Of a stretch of 64,000 nt of DNA, positions 29,735-44,930 are shown one piece after another. The position numbers were made by a program, and so were the translations under genes. Below the pieces are notes generated by a model. It saw only the letters and a list, made by a program, of their open reading frames with translations. It did not search any database and was not told where the DNA came from. The stretch is taken from NCBI RefSeq assembly GCF_006345805.1, contig NC_042999.1, positions 47,182,001-47,246,000 of the forward strand. Direction: 5' to 3'. Every line of letters starts with the position of its first letter. Within the stretch, counting starts at the first letter, position 1. Origin of the DNA: Octopus sinensis. Lineage: Eukaryota.

Positions 29735-31084
29735 TATATATAATTTAATGTTAGTAGATGCTGCTTTACGAAGCAATAATATTTCTTATGTCCTTATGTC
29801 CTCTTGTCAATTTGACTAGAAATATATGAGTTTACAAGTATTACAAGATTCGTTCTCTTTTCAGATTTTACAATCAAGACATTTTATTACTATATATTTA
29901 AAACAAGAAACATTTTGTTCATACTTCAACATTATATATTAATATCTATTACAAAAATAATGTCTTGTTTTATAGTATTCATATCGTGTATATATGTACT
30001 AAAATCGTGATGCTACGGCAGCCCATACATTGTATTCACTCGCCTAACATCTTACACAAAATCATAGCGAAACACTTACAACTTAACACATACAGGTACA
30101 CCAATATTCACTAGTAGATAAATCAAGTGTATTCAAGTTTAACAAAAATGTTTACGGTTAATCAGAAATCTCAATAGAATGTATGCATAGAAATATTTAG
30201 ATATAAGAGAGATGTACAAATATTTTGTGGCAATTCTTTAATAATATTTACAGACCATTTTCAAGATCGTAGCAGTGTCTGCTCCGTGATACTTTGTCAG
30301 TACTTTTATAATATTTACTGATTAGCTGCATATAAATATGTTGTGTGAATTACAAATGGAGTGATTGATACACTCCTTAACTGTCTTCTACTCTTTGTTC
30401 AGAAGCCATGTTGATATAATATCTTCATTTGTAGCTTGTATGCTGTTGCTTAGTCGATAATTAATTCATTAATATTTGCCATGGACAATAAAGTGAGCCT
30501 AAATACGTTCTATTTGTTCTTTATGCTAAACTTCCAAACTATTTTCTTCTTTCATTTTGTAACGCATATAAGTACAGGAGAACTTTTTTGAAACATATGT
30601 TATTTAGGGGCTCAATACAGACTGGCATTATTGACTCTCATCACGATTCTTTGTTAGGTATTATCTCAAGAAATATTCCACTTTTTACATCTATATTGCA
30701 GCTGTTATGGAGAGTCCTCCTTAGATAGCAAGCGTTCTTGGGAGACTATAACGTGGAATATATTTTTACCTTTCCTGTTCAAGCGGGATCGATGTAAAAT
30801 CCCTTTCTCCGGTGCTGTGTGGCAATTAAAAGAAACCATTATTTGTCGTTGACAATAGGTTGGTTTGGCAAATTTGTTAGTGAGCTCGACAAAATATGTA
30901 GCTATATTTTGATTAGCACTGTGCGTTTTCAGTACAAATACTGTTGATGCCGACTTTGACATTCTTTCTTTCAAGACCGATAAAATAAAGCACCGATCAT
31001 GCACCGGGGTCGATGTAAATCTACTTACATTTTCCCCTCAGATTTACTGCCATTGTGTAAAAAAATCAAGAACAATTATTATTA

Positions 31085-31127
<43 letters not shown>

Positions 31128-31134
31128 TGTTATT

Positions 31135-31850
31135 ATGTCATTTACGCACAACGGATTCCTAACATCGGGTTACAACATGTAATATTGGATGCCGAGTTTT
31201 TCCCAAAGTATCATATCTGTCACTAATAGCATTGTTTTCTGGAGCTGCCCTAAACCCCAAATTGCGCAAAATTTCCCTAGCCATCTGTTTAAGCCTAGGT
31301 AGTGGTACTTTGCTATTTTCTCTATACCTCTCCTCATTTGTGACTGTAAAATCAAATTCCTGGCACTTTCTATTTTCCTTGTCTACTAGTAGTAAATCAA
31401 GCCTTTTAGCTTCTGTTACTCTCTCAGTCTGGATGCTAAAATCCGGCGTCTTATATTTCCTTACTTTCTATCACTTTTCCATGATCATATTCATAACACT
31501 TATCAATATGGTGAAATTCTAGCTTTCAGCATGACTCCCAGTGGATTACTCTCTTTAGGTTGCCATGTCATTTCTTGTATTCTTTCTGTGCAAGTATACT
31601 ACATTCACTAATTATGTAACACTTTCTTCTTTTGGTATTATTATAACGTATATTGGGAATCTACGGGATTTTTGTGTGTTTGCGTTTACCCAGTCAATCC
31701 TCAATGCCTGATCTTTTGCTGCTACTAACAGACTTACTGTTTTCTTTTTCAGCCTTCCTTTCTTCGACCACAACCATATCTCACTATTTTCTGCAAATAT
31801 CGTTGGAGATCTACGATGCAAACCTTTCTTTGTCAGTCACATACTCGCTC
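31135..31850 (-). mobile_element. R4/Dong-clade non-LTR retrotransposon 3' end (zinc knuckle + restriction-like endonuclease)
   Basis: LKKKTVSLLVAAKDQAL, ESVT.IISECSILAQKEYKK*H..IHWE, DFSIQTERVTEAKRLDLLLVDKENRKCQEFDFTV and EKIAKY. Ends in a (TAA)n tract at 31074-31135. Confidence 0.85.
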
Positions 31851-33399
31851 ATCTTTTTTCCCCAGTTTTAAGAAAAATGTTAAAGATATACAAAAGTGAC
31901 AACAATAACACTTGTCCATTACCTACATTTGTAGGACTCTCGAATGAAGAACACACGACGCTCCCTTTCTAAGACCAAGGGTCTGTTTGGAATATTTTTA
32001 TTGGGTAGACAACTCTACAGGACAAAATGACCGCCGCAAACCAGTGTTAATAATATATTTATTAGCCAAATACGTACAACACAGTAGCTAGATATCTGAA
32101 AATATCCTATCGATAATTTTTGTCACAACGTTTGAGTAGAACCGAATGAAAAAGACAGCAGAAGAGTCTTCATGTACGAGCCACGCAATGACATCGAAAG
32201 CCTATAGATTATGGTGATGGAAATTTCCGTATCGCACTGGTACATACTGTCTCCAATTCGATTTAATTAAACCACTGTCGATATGCATGCAAGTTTCCCC
32301 TACATTAGCATAAATTATAGTAAAATATATCTGCCCCAATTGTGTACATTTATATATATGTACACTTTTGAATGAATATCTATATTTTTGAATGTATATA
32401 TGTATAATGTTGGATGAGGGTACTAAAATACATATATTGATTACTATTTGGTGAGAGGAGACACCGATGTGGAAAGAGCCAGCGTTGATATTTTGAAGTG
32501 CATAAAACAACTATATTCGGGCCCATATATTAATATCACAATTTCCGGCCGTCAGTGACAAAGAGACCAGGCCATACATTTCCATTCGGGGATTCCTGAT
32601 GATTACTTGCTTTGGATCTTCATCTCTAGCATGGAAATGTTTAGTAATTCGGTTATAATAGAAATATATAATATTGAAAGCTTAACAATTAGCTTTACAA
32701 AGTTTAGTACAGTTCAAATATTTAAAGCGGGAGCAGGAAAGTTGATGATATCAACTCCAGTTCTTGACTATTATCTTATTGCACCAGTAAGGATAAAAGA
32801 CAATGGTAGCCTTGGCGGAATTTGAACTCAAAACATACAGAACCGGGAAAATGCTGCTAATCAATTTTGTATGAAGCGCGAAGTGTTTATCCACCAATCC
32901 ACCATAGTACATACATACAGACATACATGCATGCATATAAATCGTACATGTAAATATATATATATACATACATACGCATCATATACATATATATGTAAAT
33001 TATACAAAATTTATTAAATTTTAATGACTTAACCATGCACACATTTATAAATATAGACATTTTAATAACATAATTCATGTAAAATCACTGTGTTTCATGT
33101 AAGTATCTTAAAATCACATCAATTCATTATCTCTTTTACATGCATACATGTAAATTCTCATGTACTTGTGTATACACTAAATAGAAAAAAGAATATCAGG
33201 AAACGGCAATTGTATATATACACATTGACTTAAAGATGACGCTATCACATGATATATTGTATCTGGATAGCTATTATTAGATTGCCTTTCAAGAATCAAT
33301 TGATTATAAATACAATATTTAGTGTGAATAGAAATATTCTGAATACTTGGAATTTTATAATAAGACAACGAATATATCTGATCTCAAGAAGTTTTTCAT

Positions 33400-34560
33400 C
33401 GTTCCCATGCATTTGCAGGTTGAAGTGTTTCATTAATATGGATTTATCAGCTCAATATCCCAGATTTGTACATCTAATACAGACATTGTTAATTTTCAAA
33501 CAGGAGACAGCATTATTCTTCCAGTTGTATAAGTTTATAGAAATGTGTCTTCTTGTATTTCATAAAACTTCTTGAAACGTAATATTTTAAATGAAAACGT
33601 TAGTAATCATTCTGTGGGCCAATATATTATTTGTCACTGAATACACAAGATTAAAATAAGCATTAAACTCACAGTAGTTTGCAGTGCTAGAATAATATGA
33701 TAATATTCTCTAAAGAAATTGTATCGTCACTTCGAATAACAAACACAACAATATATTTAAAATCTAGTTCTGATGAGATTTGAGACTGAGTGCCAATAAT
33801 ATTTGGTACCATTTGTATTACTTGCAATACAATTTACCATAAATCGAAGTAAATCAAAGCTAGTTCACCCAATAAATAAATCTGGAGTCAAGATTAATTA
33901 TATTGTAAATTTTAAGATGTATGTAGACAAATATAGAAACTTATAGAAACTCATCTGCAGATTAAAATACCACTTGTTTGGTGGTGTTCTTTAGTTTTCC
34001 TATTGGCTTCACCTGGATCGTAATGATGTGTCCATGACATTGGAATCTCTACGATTGTTGTTGATTTTACATTTGATGTATCGTGTTGATAATCATCTAG
34101 CTTTTGTGCAATAACTGACAGGTGGGGTGGGGGCAATGGCATCGAATTACTCTATAGAGAGCAAGGTACAGACGATGAAACCAGTATTCCAGATATATGG
34201 TGCCTCTCATATTCGAAGACGACCTAGAACCCTCATGACAATTTGTGGCTTTGGATATTGAAGTACGGAACGAATAGATATCCTCACATATGAAATTTTC
34301 CATTTTTGCAGCGAAATGCCACTTTCATATAAATACATGTGTTGTCTCTCTACGAGATTTTGCTTACTAACTTTGACAAAATATTTCAGGAGGCACTTTT
34401 TAAATGTACCACACGTTGGAACCTGAACCTGTCCCAAAATAACAACAAATGACCTCAGCACACAAGGAATGTTTTCACCATTCATATTTAGATATTCTAC
34501 TATTAGGCACAGCAGGGTGTATGTAATGTCATATGTTTTGTACTTTCTATCCATTTACGC
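33400..34560 (-). mobile_element. Possible ancient PLE-like relic
   Basis: Only weak fragments (YIG...RFH near 33600-33625 and an RT-like hydrophobic block near 34400-34500). Confidence 0.25.
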
Positions 34561-36469
34561 TTAGCAGTTGTTTGAGATCGAGGGACAATGTGGGTGCTTT
34601 TTTTTCTTTTTACATTTACTTTTATGGTTTGCTGGCTTCAGTTTTCGTAACGACTAGGGAAATAAGACAACGTACTTAAAGGTTTTTAAAAGTTGTGTTG
34701 ATACGAAAACAAGTGCGAATTAAACGGTAGTTAATACTTTAAAAGAGGTACATTTACGGTTGTAGGATCGCGGTTTCGATTCCCAGAACGGGCGTTGTGA
34801 GTGTATATTGAACGAAAACACCTAAGCTACACGTTTCTCTAGGCTCTAGTTTCCGGCTCCGAATTTCTAGAACCACCGTTGACACTGACGTACGCTTATT
34901 GTCCTAGCCCCATATACTGCTTTAATATCCCTCATACTATCCGTTGCGTTGTTGCTTTTATTAAAGTCATAAAGCAAATCGAATATGCCCTTCTGCTATT
35001 ACCATTAGAGTTTTGAAAAAAATAACTGTTATAATTGAACTGCACTCTTCAAAACTTGCACTAAAAATAAGAATGTGGCGCTTTCAATCGCAAAATACAT
35101 AATTTTTCTAAAAGGTAGAAAAAATATGAAAATCGACTTTAATAATGTAGCCTTCCAGTCTCATTGCTTTCAAGGTATGATGCTGTGGAGAAAAAAGTTA
35201 CAAAGGTTTAAATATCGTTAAAAATGGGTATTTTTAGCCAATAGCAAGACAGGAAGTTTCTGCGTTTAGCGGAACGGTGTCAACTTCAAGGTTGTACTCT
35301 GTCAAATGCATAGTTTAGCATCTGACCTGTTCAATTTATGTTTTTAAGCAAACAGAAATACCTAATAAAATCAACATGTATAATATTACTGCTTCTTTTG
35401 TCTCTTCATTGACTGTATTTTTAAGTCATTTTTCTAAATTTGTTATATCAATATATTTGTTTGGATGTGTTTACTTTATGCGTATTTCAATATGTTATAT
35501 ACCTTTCATGTATTTGTGTACGTCATCAATATATAAGTGCATGTGAAAAGGGGGTGTCTGTCTCCAAAACTCCAAAGCTGAGTAACGTTTTTATGTTTGG
35601 ATTTGTAAACTTCGATAAGAATAACACTGGTCAACAAAGATTTTGTCCCTAGGAAAAGAATACCTGTATCTTATAAGTTTTTGCATGAAAAATTAAAAAC
35701 TAATATCAAATTATCTGTGCCACCTCCAGTTTCTTTGTTCCACGATATCCCTACGCCTAATTAAATTTTTTTTATGAATAGAATTAACCTAGTGAAATCA
35801 TTAATCCAGCTATCTGAGTCAATGAGTGCCAAAAATATATAAAATGAAAAATACTTAAAAATAGTAACACACAGAAAAATACTAATACACAGGAGTAGAG
35901 AAAAATATGCAAAATACTAATAGAGAAAAATTAAAACAAAACACGCGGGTGAAAATAATCTCGGGGTGTGAAGCATCAGGTATGAAAAATCAACATAGGC
36001 AAACAGCAGCACAGACAGGAATGAGCCACATCACAGCGAGAAGTTGTCATTGTAACAAGCTGCGAATGCCATGCTGTCTGTTGATTGGCTAAAATTATCC
36101 AAATTTCCCAACTTTCAATCCAAATGACGTCAGATTCTTTAAGTTGCGAGATAAAGTAATTGGTTGATAGTAATCAAAATTCAGAGTTGCAATCTGAGCA
36201 AAATTAAGGTGGTCGGGTCATTTTCCGAATGAGAAAGACTAGATCCCAAATAAGTAAAATGTTAAATTACTACCTTCTTTTATAGCAAGTTGATGGAGGT
36301 AGTTTATCCCCATCCGCTCCGACTTTTAGTTCATGCAATTAAAAAAATCCCACATTATTTATGGGATAACCAATATATATATATGACGATGGGTGGATAT
36401 ATGTATATGCGTATGTGCGTGCATTTATGTACGTGTGTGTATAGTTGAAAATTACATTATAATCGGGTG

Positions 36470-36810
36470 AAGGCGCATGGCTCAGTGGTTAGAGCGTCGA
36501 GCTTACGATCGTGAGGTTGTGAGCTCGAATCTCGGACCAGGCTGCGTGTTGTGTTCTTGAGCAAGTCACTTTATTTCACGTTGCTCCAGTTCACTCACCT
36601 GTAGAAATGAGTTTGCGACGTCACTGGTGCCAAGCTGTATCGACCTTTGTCTTTCCCTTGGATAACACTGGTGGCGTGGAGAGGGGAGGCTGGTATGCAT
36701 GGGCGACTGCTAGCCTTCCATAAAGAACCTTGCCCGGACTTGTGTCTAGGAGGGTAACTTTCTAGGTGCAATCCCATGGTCATTCATGACCGAAGGGGGT
36801 CTTTACAATT
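36470..36810 (+). mobile_element. tRNA-derived SINE with 10-bp TSD
   Basis: A box TGGCTCAGTGG, B-box-like GCTCGAATCTC. TAATCGGGTG is duplicated at 36460-36469 and 36811-36820. Confidence 0.85.
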
Positions 36811-37489
36811 TAATCGGGTGTACTCTGTGTGAGAGGGTGTATGTGTGTGAGTGTATTTATGTGTATATTTACAAACATGTTAATATGTATATAACAGAAA
36901 GAGAAAGAGAGAGAGAGAGAGAAGGAGAGAGAAGGAGAATGAGAGAGTGACAGTGAAAGAGGGAGGGACAAACAAAAAGAGAGAGCGACGTTCTCAAAAA
37001 CAATGACTAATCGAAGTTGACATCTTGAACTTTAATTAAGCAGCAACAGGCTGACTAAATCGATACAATACAATTGAAGCCTTTCCTTTTTCCTCTGTTT
37101 CTTTATTCTTTACTTGCACTTTCATTCGTGTGCTCATTCCTCTCTCTCTTTCTTTAAAAAACCTTATTGTCTTTTTGAAATGCCATTAACATCAGCCACT
37201 TGCGGAAAAGCTACAAATCACAGACCATCACCAAGTATAACAATAAATGCCAACTCACAGAAGTGAACATAAAAAAGACCTTCTCTCTTCCTTCCTTTCT
37301 TCTTTTCTTTTTCCTTCCTTCCTTTCTTTTACACTTCTTTTCTTTCTGCCTTCCTTTTTATCCGTCCTCCCTTCCTTCTTCATTCATTTTCACTCATGCT
37401 AGCCGCACAGTACAATATACACATTGCATATATGTGTGTTAGTGTGTGTGTGTGTGTCTGTATGTGCGTAGCGTGCCTATACGCGTGCA

Positions 37490-37615
37490 TATGTATGTAT
37501 GTACGTACGTATGCATGTATGTATGCATGTATGTATGCATGTATGTATGTATGTATGTATGTATGTATGTATGTATGTATGTATGTATGTATGTATGTAG
37601 GTAGGTATGTACGCA
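37490..37615. repeat. (TATG)n tetranucleotide array
   Basis: Direct inspection. Confidence 0.95.
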
Positions 37616-38320
37616 TGTATGTATATAAGTAAATATAAGAACGACTGACTGGTTACTGAGAATGTAAACACATTTCTGCATCCGGCACGAGTACATTTGC
37701 GGAACAAAATGTCTTTGGACGGACGCAGAGCAATCAAAAAAGTGATCCACACGGAACCTGTAGCCAATTTCATTCACCAGGTAATAGTTCAGATCAGATG
37801 TTTATAAAACTACTTCAAATTTAAGCTATATTAAAGAATGGCTTAATTTGAATATTTGCGCTTGTCATTAATTAAACAATGACAACTTTTGCACAATATA
37901 TCGTAAATCAGAAGAACAAGAAATTAAAACATTAGACCTCTATCGATGATCAATACTATAGAATCGGGAGAGAAGCCTCGTTTTTTTTTCCTTCCTTACT
38001 GCCGTATAAAAAAGTAAGTGTTTCCAATCTTAGTTAACTCACTCTGCAACTATCAGGTATTTAAATTTAAACCAGTTCTTCTGATTTACGGCGTGTTTTG
38101 CATAAATAGATTAGCACTGACATGGTGCTTATCTAAATCTTGACACCTTTATTAACACCCCTAAACATCAACTGTATAAAAAGCATTTACTTAGCATAAT
38201 TATCTCACAGCATGGCATTCAAATAATTACTTCAGTTTCTCTGCATCTGTCTCTTATATATATATATATATATATATATCTTACATATATCTTTATATAT
38301 ATATATATCTTTACATATAT

Positions 38321-38427
<107 letters not shown>

Positions 38428-38744
38428 GAGTGGGGGCGCAGAGTGTTCTGGCTAAATTTGGCAGTTGCATAAATGTAAAATAAAAATGTGTCTGAGGAGC
38501 TGAAGCGTTGATTGAAACACTGAGCTGGTGACATTGACATACATATATACATATGTATATGTGTTTGAGTGTGTGCGTGTGTGTATGTGCATGCGTGCGT
38601 ATCGGTACATGCTGTTGCGCATAAATTCAAGTTTGCACAAAAGGAAAAGAAAGCACATTATCCTATCTGAAATTAAAAGTATTAAAAAAAAATCGAAAAA
38701 TATCAACTTGATGTGGTTGGGAAATAACAGATTATTCAAAGTAA

Positions 38745-39250
38745 CCCCTCTCACTTAAATACCTTCGCAGCCTCAAGGCGGGTCTGGAACTTTGCGCATG
38801 CATCCATATCGGTGTTCACGGGAAGTTCTTGAAATACTTCTCTGGTCTTGGCCACCAGCTCGGCCTTAATATTGCAGCTTTAATATTGCATGAGTTGCGT
38901 TCGACACCTTTCTCAATTGAGCCTTACACACAGTGATTTATGCTATCTAAATCTGGGGAATTAGAAGGCAAGAAATTGAGACTGGTATAGTCGGAGGAGT
39001 TCCTCCCGACATCAACTTTTGATACTTACTCGAGATATATGGAACTGCGTTCTGCTACCTTCCACCAGCAACCGTTTCCAGCCAGGGTTTCACTGCAGAC
39101 TCCAGCAGCTTCATATCTCTGTTCCGAATTGTGTCAAAGGTAGGTGAATTAGTTTCTGCTAGCCCCGGCTTCCTAGCATCTGTTGCTGCTGTCCATGTCA
39201 CATCTTACACCCATCAGAGTCTTCACAAATTATTGAGCGGCATTGAAATT
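38745..39250 (-). mobile_element. Tc1/mariner (maT/DD37D-like) transposase relic
   Basis: KLLESAVKPWLETVAGGR*QNAVPYISS and FLPSNSPDL..V*GSIEKGVERNSCN...ACAKFQTRLEA. Confidence 0.75.
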
Positions 39251-39471
39251 CTCTATATTAGAAACTCGGCGTGAATCCTCATGATATAGTTAAACTTTTT
39301 CCATTATTAAGATGGCTTCCAGTCCTCCATGTTAGTTAACTTTTTTCTCAACTACTGCTTTAATCTTCATGTTCTGCAACGCCTTTGTGTTTTTCTCAAT
39401 ACACCAAGCTGATCCTTCAAAACCGAGACAGAAACAATGCTAAATTTATACTGAACACCATGTGTGTTATT

Positions 39472-40400
39472 TTAGATGGGTGTTGTCACTAGTTTTTCCC
39501 GAATCACCGATAGTGCTTCAGCAGTTGGGACTTTGGTGAGCAGACTTATCACATCTAGGCGTATCATCTGGTTGAATCCAATGGGGGTATCCTTGATAAA
39601 TTCTGTGAAGTGGATGACATTCTTCACATACGATATTGACTTTCCTAATGTTCTGATTATATCCACAAGGAATCGGCTCAGTGGATGACATTCTGAACCG
39701 CTACAGCTCTCTAAATGTCTTAATGGAATACCATCCTTGTGAATCTTAGAGAGACCGTACATGAGTGGTATTTTACTGTGATGTTGAGTCAGTTGTCTGT
39801 ACTTCATTGGTGTAAGGTGATCCTTGTTATTGATCAAGATCTGTGACAACTTCCTCTCTGTTTTCAGAGTTGGGCTTTTCTTTGCTGTGGCTACCATCAC
39901 TTATAAGACTTGCCAATTTTTCAGAGTAGTCAGTCTTGACCATCACTACTGTAGCATTCCCCTTGTCCGCTAGAAGTATTATGATGACTCTGTAGTAATT
40001 TGATAGCGAATCTTTCTTCCTTAGTAGGGTTTGGTTCAGGAAGTTTTGCTTTTTCTAGTACCTGTCTCACTTTCCACCTTAGTTCATCTCGCTGAGCTTT
40101 TGGTATCTTTATGGCTATCTCTTCAATAGGGGCTATTATGTCCAAGTATGGAATACGCTTGATGGTTATCGCAAAGTTGAGACCCTTGTTCAGTACTGCT
40201 TCTTCAGAGCTTTCTAGATGTCGGCTACTTATATTTATTACTGCTTTCACAGGTGGGTGACAGATTTCAGTTTTCATTCTCTGACCTTTGAATTTCATAA
40301 ACTTCTTAATCTGGTGTAGATGTAGAGACTCCACAATGTGTGTTATGTGCGCTCTACTTTATTTCTGCGTATATCTCTATATTTTAACCAACAACGTATG
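39472..40400 (-). mobile_element. Penelope-like element reverse-transcriptase N-terminal relic
   Basis: VINISSRHLESSEEAVLNKGLNFA..., ILLADKGNATVVM (adjacent frame) and PLMYGLSKIHKDGIPLR...LDVISLLTKVP are typical PLE RT N-terminal blocks, with frameshifts. Confidence 0.9.
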
Positions 40401-40736
40401 TGATTGTGAGACGTATGCATATTGTCTTTGCATAATATAAATTCATGGACCGAAAATACGAAAAGAAATGCAATTCTGCAATTATTTGTTGCAATCCTGA
40501 ACTGGGATTTCTTCAGCGACCGATCATTCTTTTTAATTGTTCAGGGAGTTAAGGTTTATATATGCACTATAACTAAAATTTGAATTAAGTTGGAAAGGAG
40601 ATTTGCATATATAAAATATTCTTGGCAGATTGTTAAACTACTTAAAAATTAACAACGGTGGTTTTCAATTCTACACTGCGCTACAGAGTATGTCTGAACA
40701 ATTTAGCCAACTATATATATAGAGAGAGAGTGAGAC

Positions 40737-41063
<327 letters not shown>

Positions 41064-41529
41064 GTATACATATATCTATTACAAAGCTATAAGTCTTCAG
41101 AATTACGATTGAAAACACAATAAGTTTTTGCAGAACTCTATGTATGACGCACGTGAAAGTGAATTGTAGTACAGCTCGGTGAGTGTCATTCAGGTAAAGC
41201 GGCAGACAAACGCTGAGAGCGTTTCAAACAAATAAACATATCTGAAGATAATCCTGAACAAATCATTCGTAATGGTGTAGCGGAAACAGAAAATAACGAT
41301 TTGTGAAGGACCAAGGACTCATATAGAAATTACACACACACGCACACACTCACACATATGATATATGTATGTGTATGTGTGTGTGTGTGTATGTGTGTGT
41401 GCATTTATATATAGGAATGGCTGTGTGGTAGAAAGTGTGCTTCTAAACCACATAGTTCCGGGTTTAGTCCCATTGCGTGGCACTTCGAGTGTATTCTGCT
41501 ATAGCATATTTTAATTAGTCCACAGAATA

Positions 41530-43067
41530 GACAGGGATTCCTCGGAGCAGAGACGGCCTCTCCCCACGAACCCACGCTGCAGTCCCCCGCCTCCCTTTCC
41601 CCTCAGCTACCACTCCACCACCCTGCCTCTGCAACGCACCATTCTCCGAGCTTCCCAGCATCTCCAGTCCGACCCGTCCACTTCACACATCTTCAAAAAA
41701 CCGACCCTCCCCCATCCTTCAAACGGGCCCACAACTTACGAGACCTTTTGGTCCACAGCTTCTTCTTCAACCCTACCTCCCAACCTGACTCGTCCCCCTG
41801 CTTCCGCCCACGCCTCCGCACTTGCCCTTACCTCTCCAATCCCCCTCACCGGCACCCATCTTCGACCCTATCGCATCACCGACTCCTTCACCTGCACCTC
41901 TACCAATATCATCACTTGCATCTCCTGCTCTCTCTGCCATTCTCTGTACATCAGACAAACGGGACGCCGCTTGGCTGACAGGTTCGCGGAACACCTCCGA
42001 GACATCCGCCTGGGCAATGACACCCAAGTCTCACTCTTTGCAACACCTGTCCGTGTTCAGATTGTCCTTGCACAGAGGCCATCCTGACTCCCGTTTGCGC
42101 CGTGAACAGGGATTAATCTTCTCTCTAAACTCATTTATGCCATTTAGGCACAATTCCCTTTCCCTCTTCTTCTAACCTCCTCCCCTTGCCTCAATCCCCT
42201 TCCCTCCTACTTCCTCCCTCCCACCTCTCCTCTCTTACTCCGACTCCTACTTCTCTTCACTCCTACATCACTCCTTCTTCTCTTCACCCCTACTCTCTTT
42301 CGCTCATTTCTCTTACTCTCTTTCTCTCTTACTCTCTCCCTCTCTCTTTCTCACTCCCATTTTTTCTCTCTTTTCTCTTCTCTCTTCTTACATACCCACC
42401 TTCCCCTTCCCCCTTCATCGTCAACCCTCCCCCATAGACCCACCCCACTCCTACACATTCCTACTCCATCTTCCCTATCCTTCCCATCCCATCCCATCAC
42501 TTACAACACTCCCACATACCCCACCCTCTGCCTACTCACAAAACTCACCTCCTCCCTAATCCTCAGCCTAACCCCCACCCGTGCTTTCCCCATTCTCGCC
42601 TCCCCCATCTTCCAACAACATCACACCGCACCACCCTACACCATTCCACACTACACATCATATCACAACACACCAGCATTGGCTAGTTCCCATCCCCACA
42701 TTTTCACACCTATACACCCACACGTCAAGATCACCAACCCTCTTTCACACGCACACACGTACTCTCTTATACACGCACGCACTTTCGTTGTGTGTGTGGG
42801 GGGTCATCTTTACTTTGCTATCTCCCCTACTTCGCACTCCTGAGTGACCCTTCTGTACGGCAGTCGCCTTGATAGATCAGTAGCCACTACAAACATTTTA
42901 TGCTCTCCTTGCTTCTCTCCTTGTTTTTTTTTCTGTGTCCCTGCCTGTAGTGGAGCGTAGGCTCGAAATGTAAAAGACTTTTTCAATTCCTGGGCGTTAT
43001 ACTAATACATCTGTTTGCTTTCTACACCACCTGTCTTCCTCTACTGTTTTTTTCGTGAACTCTCCCT
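41530..43067 (+). mobile_element. Penelope-like element 3' part: GIY-YIG endonuclease relic, pyrimidine-rich spacer, pLTR
   Basis: Frameshifted frames give SFKRAHNLRDLLVHS, PCFRPRLRTCPYL and FTCTSTNIITCISCSLCHSLYIRQTGRRLADRFAEHLRDI. A degenerate hammerhead-like GAGCGTAGGCTCGAAATGTA lies at ~42953-42972. The element ends in (TA)n. Confidence 0.85.
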
Positions 43068-44114
43068 ATATAAATATATATATATATATATAATATATAC
43101 CTGTGTACAAATATACAAAGAAATTGATTATTACATGCGCCCCTCCCATATCGTTATTTAAGGAAAAGGGGCATTTTTCTTGTGAAATAAGTGAAATCGA
43201 TGTTATTTACATACAATTTATTAATACGAATGAAAAGCAAAATATTATGTAAATACTGACTATGTATATATTGTATTAAACAAACAAATGTGTAAATCAT
43301 AATTTCACAGGAATTCAACAGAAGAATAATTCTATTTACAAATAGTTGAAATGGAAAAACGTGCGCTTGAATTTTAAATGGCCATCTATGCAGTAATTTC
43401 GTGGTATTGATCAATACTACACAACAACAACTATACATGCACACACACATTTACACACACGCACAGACACTCACACAGAAACACACACACATATAATCCT
43501 CTATACGCTTCAGACCTGAGGCCGTGGCCATGCTGGAAACTTTTTTTTAATGACCAATCTTTTGGTGAAGAAAGGAGTTCAACATTGTTACCCTCTTTTG
43601 AGTTTCCTGCCGTCATATAGATTAATGTAGGACCTTAGATAGCAAGAGTTGAAGTCGTTTCCTGAAAATATCTATCACTACATCACTAAGATCCCTCAGA
43701 TATTTTGGCAAGGCGTGAAATAGGAGTCGGCCCTTGAATTTCATGCCATTGATCTACATGGTTCTCACTGATGATGAAATAGCTGGGACTTTGGGAACAA
43801 TGCGCTGACACCTAGTTCAGAGGCTTTTATAGCTCTCAATGCCAAAGTCTGGTGCCCTGCAATGCTGGAATACCTACTTGCGGAAATTTCAGTCATAACA
43901 ATCAACTCCAATTCTTATATAATCTATTAGTACTTATTCTGTCTTTAACTTTTGCAGAAGTGCCACGTTTCGGGGACGTAAACATACCAAACAGAATGTC
44001 AAGCCACGGAGGGTGGATAGAGAAACAAAGACATACGCACATATGGATATACATACACACGTACATACATACATACACACATACATACATACATACAAAT
44101 ATACAAGCATGATG

Positions 44115-44179
<65 letters not shown>

Positions 44180-44345
44180 GAGGCGCAGTGGCCCAGTGGT
44201 TAGGACAGCGGATTCGCAGTCGTAGGATCGATGTATGTATATTTATACATACATACATACATATATAAATACATACATGATGGACATTGTGACCAGCGAT
44301 GTGTAACTACTATCTGATAGACTGGTCGTCGGGTCACGTGATCAC

Positions 44346-44384
<39 letters not shown>

Positions 44385-44424
44385 AATACATACATATATA
44401 TATAAATACGTACATACATACATA

Positions 44425-44502
<78 letters not shown>

Positions 44503-44930
44503 TTACATATGTATGTATGTATGTATTGATATATCTATTTATGTATGTATTATATAAACAGTATGTTCCTATGATTTTCTGTCCAAGAAATAAATTCATA
44601 AGGCTTTGGTTGGCCCTAAGCTTTGGGACAAGTCGCTTTCCCAATGTTACAAACCCTCACCGACATATCCAGAACATACCACCTGTCTATAAAAGGCGTG
44701 CGTTCGACTCTCCCAGTAGCCTTTGAAGCTTTGTTTTCAAAAGAGGTTCTCAGCCAATATTTACAGATACTATGATACTGTTTTTTATGTGCCTGGAGAC
44801 GTATTGTTCGAAAATAATTATTTCCTGTTCTCACAAAAGTCTATAAATTCTTATAAACTCGACTATATGTATGTATGTGTGTATCTGTGCGTATATATGC
44901 GTGTGCAGGTATGTGTGTCTCTATGCGTGT

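Noticed and set aside
19112-29844. Exact nonamer-type matches TAATATTAC (19112-19120) and AAGTATTAC (29836-29844)
   Set aside because: No flanking stem; expected by chance in AT-rich DNA.
34990-36260. Possible non-autonomous DNA transposon body
   Set aside because: Looks repeat-like, but I could not locate matching TIRs or a TSD.
36470-36545. tRNA-like sequence here and at 4910-4983, 44177-44230 and 47355-47432
   Set aside because: These are SINE heads: acceptor stems do not close, and they continue into SINE bodies, two with TSDs.
44335-44348. Tandem E-box palindrome CACGTGATCACGTG
   Set aside because: Lies in a repeat-like fragment between microsatellites; no evidence of regulatory function.
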